Assembly (NCBI RefSeq): GCF_006345805.1
Contig: NW_021829205.1
Location: forward strand, 1-6,786
Direction: 5' to 3'
Length of the DNA: 6,786 nucleotides
Origin: Octopus sinensis
Lineage: Eukaryota
Below the pieces are notes generated by a model. It was not told the DNA's origin, made no database searches, and was given only the letters and a program-made list of their open reading frames with translations. A program made the translations under genes and the position numbers. Below, one piece after another: positions 1 to 5,209 of the stretch (positions are counted from its first letter, which is position 1; the number at the start of each line of letters is the position of its first letter).

Positions 1-287
1 CACTACTTTCCACCGCCGCCACCACCACCGCCATGTTTTAATCATTATCCTTGTGCAAAGACAAAACCTGCTATCTAATACACCTGGAGATTCCATCAAG
101 AAATTCCGAGCGTTTCTCTTGTGGTTGTTGTTGTTGTTGTTGCTGCTGCTGCTGCTACTACTACTACTACTGGTGCTTTGGTTGTTGTTATTGTTTTCAG
201 TTTGTTTTCTTTGTTGCTGACTTTCTCCTTCATCGCCATACACCGTTTACCATTATCCTCATCATTATTAAACATCATCATTACCAT

Positions 288-319
<32 letters not shown>

Positions 320-515
320 CCAAAGAACTTATCATCATCACCATCATCACCACCACCACCGCCATCATCATCAATAAACATCACCACAATCATCATCATC
401 ATCATCATTACCATCATCACAAAAAAAAAAATTCGTTATCATCAACCACATCGGTACCACTTTGAATAACCACTAAAACAATCGCCACTATCATCACTAG
501 CATCTCCATCATCAG
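1..515. repeat. Compound trinucleotide microsatellite / low-complexity block: (CAC)n, (GTT)6(GCT)5(ACT)5, (CAT)n
   Basis: Read directly. It explains the poly-His/Cys/Val/Met ORFs at 51-465 on both strands. Confidence 0.95.
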
Positions 516-1018
516 TCTGGCGGATTGGTAAAAGATCTCTGATCTTGTATTTAAGTAACTTGCAAAAATTGTTAAAGCCTCTTTTCGTTTGTTTCCAATA
601 CGAACTTCTTTTTTTCTTCAGCTGTACACAAATTACATCATTGCTTGTCTTTTTTATTTTGCTTTTTCTAATTTTATTTTTTTTTGCTCCATTTCTATAT
701 GGTCTGCAGCGCTCGAGGGTCTTGCACTTGATAGCAAAATCAGTATCCTGTTCTTTAAAATTCCAGATGTAATTTGAAAATGTTATCACATTCTTCTACT
801 TTGTATGTCTGAAGTAAGTATGACTGAAGTAGCACTGTTTGTTTAAAATTTACCTTCTACCAAACCCACATTATACTTACGCATCATGTTAAGGCTGAAA
901 TCGGTGAAGGGTTTTTGTTGCTAAAATAATTCAATCTAACATATGTGTAATAAGGAATATACATTCAAAATACAAGCTTTTACTTCACACGCACACATAT
1001 GTACATGCACACACATAC

Positions 1019-1032
1019 ACACGTACATGCAC
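1019..1032 (+). repeat. Left copy of the target-site duplication of the CR1-like insertion (ACACGTACATGCAC)
   Basis: Identical 14-mer at 1019-1032 and 1445-1458. The first 2 nt of the right copy overlap the (TAAC)3 tail, so the TSD is 12-14 bp. Confidence 0.85.
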
Positions 1033-1446
1033 GGACACGTCCTACGAAGAAAGGCTGAGGACGCTCGACCTTTAATTCTCTTGAAAAAACCCCGCCGCCG
1101 TGGTGATCTCATTCTCGCCCACAACATCATAAGCGAAAGTGTAACCTCTCGAAAGAGCTGTTCTTCACTCCTGCTCCCGAGCGTCGGCTGCGGGGGTCAT
1201 TCCGAAAAGCTCTACCTGCGACGATTTCATCTCTCAATCGAAGGAGAGGAGCTTTCTCTCCGTCCGGTTGCGGATCCGTGGAACAGCTGCCAGACGAGAT
1301 GGTGAAGATGCCGACGACCACCGCTTTGTTCAAGCCTCCCTGGACCTCAAGTGGCCTGAACTCTTTACATGAACCCACCCTGTACTTAACTCCATGTCCC
1401 CCTACATGGCCTTGCTATTTGCTTTTGAGCCAAGTAACTAACTAAC
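1033..1446 (+). mobile_element. 5'-truncated CR1-like LINE (family A): ORF2 C-terminus, 3' UTR and (TAAC)3 tail
   Basis: GC-rich island in AT-rich DNA. Frameshift-corrected translation is DTSYEERLRTLDLxSLEKxRRRGDLILAHNII...HSEKLYLRRFHLNRRRGAFSVRVADPWNxLPDEMVK...LDLKWPELFT*. This matches the CR1 ORF2 C-terminal pattern (YEERL..L.L.SLE.RR.RGDL...F..RV...WN.LP). Stop at 1370-1372, (TAAC)3 at 1435-1446, flanking TSD. Confidence 0.9.
1034..1372 (+). pseudogene. Frameshifted C-terminal fragment of CR1-like ORF2 (downstream of the RT domain)
   Basis: Pieces fall in different frames (SYEERLRTLDL at 1040-1072; RRRGDLILAHNII and GHSEKLYLRRFHL in ORF 943..1305) and are joined by 1-3 nt indels. Confidence 0.85.
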
Positions 1447-1458
1447 ACGTACATGCAC
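1445..1458 (+). repeat. Right copy of the target-site duplication
   Basis: ACACGTACATGCAC, identical to 1019-1032. Confidence 0.85.
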
Positions 1459-1766
1459 ACACACACGAATAGATTATCTGATATAGCTACATTTGTTTTA
1501 TTAGAATCTTTACTGCAACATGACATAATTAGCAAGATTGCATAATATGCTTCAAAACTCCCAACTCATCAGGCTACTAAATAAGCAAATGAGCCGTGAT
1601 TTGTTGATTGATCAACAGATAATCAAAAACTGAAACGTCTAATCAAGTATACCACCATTTCAAAAATGAAAACTGGGTATGTCCCTAAACTGAGGATCTA
1701 GGGGAGTGGAGATTGGAACAACGTCGTAAATGTACGGACAGTTAAATGTGTTAGTCGGTTGTCACA

Positions 1767-1812
<46 letters not shown>
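1767..1812. repeat. Compound microsatellite (AT)13(AGTT)5
   Basis: Read directly. Confidence 0.95.
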
Positions 1813-2059
1813 GCTATTATGTTAAACTGTCGTACGTCCAAATTCAGCCAAATGGTTTTATTTTTCAATAATTATTTTTGATTGCAATAGCCGGTTCTTT
1901 TGGCCAAACTATCGTATCTCCAGCTGCTTCGGATGCCAAGATATCAAAAATTCTCAAAGAGTAGTACAACGGTTTTGCTATGGAATGGTGAAACCATTTT
2001 TTGGTTTTCTGAAAAAGCAGCGTTTTGAACTTCCGACACTTTCGCATATTAGCAACGAG

Positions 2060-2092
2060 ATATATATATATATATATATGTACACACACACA

Positions 2093-2128
<36 letters not shown>

Positions 2129-2168
2129 CACACCACACACACAACACACACCACACACCACACACCAC
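2060..2168. repeat. Compound microsatellite (TA)n(CA)n(CACG)n with a degenerate CACAC tail
   Basis: Read directly. It accounts for the VRAC/THAR repeats in the ORF track. Confidence 0.95.
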
Positions 2169-2244
2169 ATCATGTTGATTCGCTAGCTTTGTACGCATAT
2201 TTTTTTTTTTCTCTCTTCTTTCTGCGTTTTTTTTCTCTCGTGTA

Positions 2245-2282
2245 TCTTTCTGTTGAAGAGCGTAGGCTCGAAACGTTAAAGA
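2245..2282 (+). ncRNA. Minimal type I hammerhead-ribozyme-like motif with a variant core
   Basis: Stem I TCTTT (2245-2249) / AAAGA (2278-2282); core CTGTTGAA (canonical CUGANGA); stem II GAGC-gtag-GCTC (2258-2269); GAAA (2270-2273); CG then a GUU triplet (2275-2277). Palindromic AACGTT replaces stem III. Confidence 0.55.
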
Positions 2283-2336
2283 CTGTTTCATTTATATTCC
2301 TGAGCGCCATACTAATACATTGTTTGTTTGTATTCC

Positions 2337-2398
2337 ACCTGCCTTCGTCTTTTGTTTATTTCCGTAAACCTGCCTTCGTCTTTTGTCTATTTTCATAA
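2337..2398 (+). repeat. 31-bp direct tandem duplication (2 copies)
   Basis: acctgccttcgtcttttgtttatttccgtaa (2337-2367) versus acctgccttcgtcttttgtctattttcataa (2368-2398): 28/31 identical. Confidence 0.9.
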
Positions 2399-2409
2399 AG
2401 CTTATACCG

Positions 2410-2474
2410 TTATATAATATATATATAATACCATACATGTGTGTTTGTCTTGTGTGTGTGTGTCTCTGTGTGTG
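2410..2474. repeat. (TA)n and degenerate (TG)n microsatellite
   Basis: Read directly. Confidence 0.85.
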
Positions 2475-2800
2475 ATTAATAAGTAAAGAATAGTTATGAC
2501 ACCATAGTGTAGTATTAAAAAGTATAATATAACTTTCCTCGGAAAGCACGGTTGTACATATGAATCGAGGCCGATATTTCTAGAGCTAAGATATTTTAGC
2601 AGTCTTTCTCAAGCATTCATGAATTTTCAATATGTAAATTACATGTAAAGTTGATAGTTAGGGTGTACACATCGAATCTCATATGGAAAATACAAGAGGA
2701 GATTAAACATACAACGTGAGTCAGTTGCTAGATAAGGTTAAGAAAAAACTGTGACGTTTAAGACATCGAATCAATCAAATGAGAATCTTTGATAAATATA

Positions 2801-2977
2801 GGCGCAGGAGTGGCTGTGTGGTAAGTAGCCCTCTTACCAACCACATGGTTCTGGGTTCAGTCCCACTGCGTGGCACCTTGGGCAAGTATCTTCTACTATA
2901 GCCTCGGGCCGACCAAAGCCTTGTGAGTGGATTTGGCAGACGGAAACTGAAAGAAGCTTGTCGTATATATGTACATA
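2801..2977 (+). mobile_element. tRNA-derived SINE, 5' module only (octopus OK/OR-type)
   Basis: A-box-like TGGCTGTGTGG (2811-2821), B-box-like GGTTCAGTCCC (2854-2864), and a CCTTGGGCAAGT motif resembling the CORE-SINE domain. Near-identical to 2978-3140. The exact family name comes from recognition and was not verified. Confidence 0.85.
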
Positions 2978-3136
2978 GGCGTAGGCGTGGCTGTGTGGTA
3001 AGTAGCTTGCTTACCAACCACATGGTTCTGGGTTCAGTCCCACTGCGTGGCACCTTGGGCAAGTGTCTTCTACTATAGCCTCGGGCCGACCAAAGCCTTG
3101 TGAGTAGATTTGGTAGACTGAAAGAAGCCTGTCGTG

Positions 3137-3191
<55 letters not shown>

Positions 3192-3386
3192 GTGTGTTTG
3201 TGTTTGTCCCCCTAGCATTCCTTCACAACCGATGCCGGTGTGTTTATGTCCCCGTTACTTAGCGGTTCGGCAAAAGAGAGACCGATAGAATAAGTACTAG
3301 GCTTTAGGGTCGATTTGCTCGACTAAAGGCGGTGCTCCAGCATGGCCGCAGTCAAATGACTGACACAAGTAAAAGAGTAAAGAGTA
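2978..3386 (+). mobile_element. Full-length tRNA-derived SINE: head, core, internal (TA)n(TG)n microsatellite, 3' tail ending in (A)AAAGAGT repeats
   Basis: Same head as 2801-2977; microsatellite at ~3135-3196. The 3' region has hairpins GTCGA-tttgc-TCGAC (3309-3323) and CAGTC-aaat-GACTG (3349-3362) and ends with AAAAGAGT-AAAGAGT. Its tail is homologous to the LINE 3' end at 5232-5271. Confidence 0.9.
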
Positions 3387-3987
3387 TACGAAAGACATAT
3401 TGACGATATACTAGTTTCTGAATAAGGCACAAGCACAGCAGCTTTGATAATAATAAGGAAGAAGTTTATAAAACAGTGAGTCTCGAAGCGAATACATACA
3501 AACATGTGAAGTATTGGGTTAAAGGTTCGTGGATATCCCGGGAGTAGCTACCGCCGTTTTAAGGCTCACGGTATTTCGATATGTGAAACGCTATTATATA
3601 TAGCAAAATTTTATATGTATACTTAAACACACACACACATACACCACACCACACATATATAGATATGAAATGCAGAAAACATATGTGGTATTTTATGCTT
3701 TACAATGCATACACGCGTTTCGGTATTTTACTATCAGTATTACACAATTGCTTATGGAAACACTGTTACAATTTTGTCAAACTACCTCTTCAGTGTTCAG
3801 CAAAAAATAAAGATACATAGAATCATGTTAAATACTAAAAAAAAAAAAAAAAATTCCTTCATGCAAATCATCAACAAATACCGCATATATATATACATAA
3901 ATTAGATTAGAGATAAAACCACGATTAGGCAACTCAAACAGTGATAGACATAAACAACAAAAAATAAATACAATTGATATGATATAC

Positions 3988-4099
3988 AAAATATATATAA
4001 AATATAAATTTAAATTATTAAAATTTTAAATTTTAAAATTTATATTTATAAATTTTTATATTTTTATATTTTAAATTTATAAATTAAAATTTTTTTTTA
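3988..4099. repeat. 112-nt tract containing only A and T
   Basis: No C or G between the C at 3987 and the C at 4100. Confidence 0.9.
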
Positions 4100-4557
4100 C
4101 TAACCAAAGTGTATTAAAAAGTTCAATATAATATAAGTTTGGATATACTCCCTAATATTATATATATACTGGTGATAAGAGAATTTAGAAAATCCGAGAG
4201 TGTGAAATAACTCTTTTTAGGAAAGGTGAATCTCGAATCAAGTAATGCTATAAATTGTGCGTGTAAATATAGAGTTGAAGACCCTCTGGATAGTAAAAAA
4301 GCTGAAGGTTAGACATTTGCTGTGTCCCATATCTGAATGATATTTTAAAACTGATATTTATATGTTATTATTTTTAGCTATAATTGCTTCGAGAGTCATC
4401 ATTCCTAAAAAGAATTATATAATATTTAAACATGGACAGGAATACAAGCATTCATAATCGAAAATAGGTTTAGATATATATATATATATCTGTAAAATAA
4501 TATACGTATATACATATATATATAATTCATTAATCGTTGAAGAAATGTTTGCCCTAC

Positions 4558-4655
4558 CTTTCTTTGGTATAACAAAACTGTTGGAGAAATGTGCATACTA
4601 AATACTGAAGGAGAGGCCACTTACCTGAAAAATAAAAGAAAAATATAAGAAAAAA
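4558..4655 (-). promoter_or_regulatory. Candidate recursive splice site (pyrimidine tract-CAG|GTAAGT) with a 67-nt cryptic exon
   Basis: Minus strand reads ttttttcttatatttttcttttatttttCAG|GTAAGT. 25 of the 28 nt at 4655-4628 are pyrimidines and the junction is at 4625/4624. A second donor, AAG|GTAGGG, lies at 4558/4557. No transcript evidence is available. Confidence 0.45.
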
Positions 4656-4721
4656 CTGTTTATGTCCGCAAGAAGTTTTACATAAATTGCTCAGGACAAA
4701 ACGAAAATCTTTCATATAATA

Positions 4722-5208
4722 CTAGCAGTATCGCCCGGCGTTGCTCGGGTTTGTAAGGGAAATAACTATAAAGCATTTTTAGAGAGTTATAGCAAAAAAA
4801 TAGCAAAAAATGCATTAAAAATGGGAAAAAAATGATGGTAAATTTTTTTCTAAATCGTTGACTCATCGTAGACATTTTTAGAGAGTTACTTCCCTTATAT
4901 AATGCGAAAAAAATCAATTAAAATGGAAAAAAAAGATGGTAAATTATTTTAAATCGTTGACACCATCGTAGACATTTTTAGAGAGTACTTCCTTATATAA
5001 TAGCGAAAAATGCATTAAAATGGAAAAAAATATGGTAAATTATTTTTTTAAAATCCTAGACTCATCGTAGACGCGCCCTAATACCCAGAAGGGCTCGATA
5101 TGAATCACTACTATAAGATACCGGTTTTGGTTTAAACTGCAACGCAAAATGTGGGAGTAGTTACGATCTAGATCGTAGGAGACAGAACACAAACTCACTT
5201 TTATATGA
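4722..5208 (-). mobile_element. Non-autonomous Helitron (rolling-circle transposon)
   Basis: The minus-strand 3' end reads CCCGAGCAACGCCGGG (hairpin, 4749-4734), an 8-nt spacer, then CTAG (4725-4722) followed by T. The candidate 5' end is A|TC at 5209/5208. This is the canonical A|TC...hairpin-CTRR|T structure. No Rep/helicase coding sequence is present. Confidence 0.8.
4774..5071. repeat. Three tandem ~100-bp units inside the Helitron
   Basis: Units 4774-4872, 4873-4972 and 4973-5071 each begin CATTTTTAGAGAGT and end CATCGTAGA, and share ATTAAAA(A)TGG and ATGGTAAATT internally. Confidence 0.92.
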
Positions 5209-5209
5209 T

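Larger units (their letters stand above)
2200..2420 (+). mobile_element. Probable Penelope-like element terminal-repeat (pLTR) remnant or retrozyme-like repeat; boundaries approximate
   Basis: T-rich segment containing a minimal type I hammerhead-like fold and ending in (TA)n. Minimal hammerheads in terminal repeats are an established feature of Penelope-like elements. No RT or GIY-YIG coding sequence is visible, so the class is inferred. Confidence 0.5.

Noticed and set aside
51-465. ORFs rich in poly-Cys/His/Val/Thr/Met
   Set aside because: They are translations of trinucleotide microsatellites, open on both strands, with no domain signal.
442-789. 115-aa Lys-rich minus-strand ORF
   Set aside because: The Lys richness comes from plus-strand poly-T runs, and no motif is recognisable.
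710-813. Possible plus-strand exon (ctgcAG| ... GAA|GTAAGT)
   Set aside because: All three frames contain stops, the pyrimidine tract is separated from the AG, and such signals are expected by chance here.
1127-1378. 83-aa minus-strand ORF
   Set aside because: Antisense shadow of the GC-rich CR1-like coding fragment.
1530-1580. CTGATGA on the minus strand (1572-1566) as a second hammerhead core
   Set aside because: It is followed by GAAG rather than GAAA, has no stem II pairing, and has no NUH after the downstream hairpin.
1602-1617. Inverted repeat TGTTGAT-tg-ATCAACA
   Set aside because: The 7-bp arms with a 2-nt spacer and no supporting context are compatible with chance.
1793-1812. (AGTT)5 as the (TAAC)n tail of a second, antisense family A LINE
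   Set aside because: The adjacent sequence on the minus strand shows no similarity to the family A 3' UTR.
1826-2398. Long open frames on both strands (1865..2173 minus, 1985..2398 plus)
   Set aside because: They are extended by stop-free microsatellites and T-rich repeat sequence, and the unique part has no recognisable domain.
2502-2536. Gapped similarity to 4104-4140 (ccaWagtgt / attaaaaagt / ataatataaSttt)
   Set aside because: It needs two gaps in very AT-rich sequence, so it cannot be told from chance without a genome-wide search.
2717-2757. AP-1 (TGAGTCA), GATA (AGATAAG) and CRE half-site (TGACGT) cluster upstream of the SINE
   Set aside because: These short motifs occur frequently by chance, and there is no evidence of a nearby promoter.
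2801-2872. SINE head as a functional tRNA gene
   Set aside because: The B box is variant, there is no convincing cloverleaf or anticodon arm, and the sequence continues into SINE body in both copies.
4774-5071. Regularly spaced motifs as a CRISPR array
   Set aside because: The sequence between the conserved motifs is also homologous between units, so this is a tandem repeat; the context is eukaryotic and there are no cas genes.
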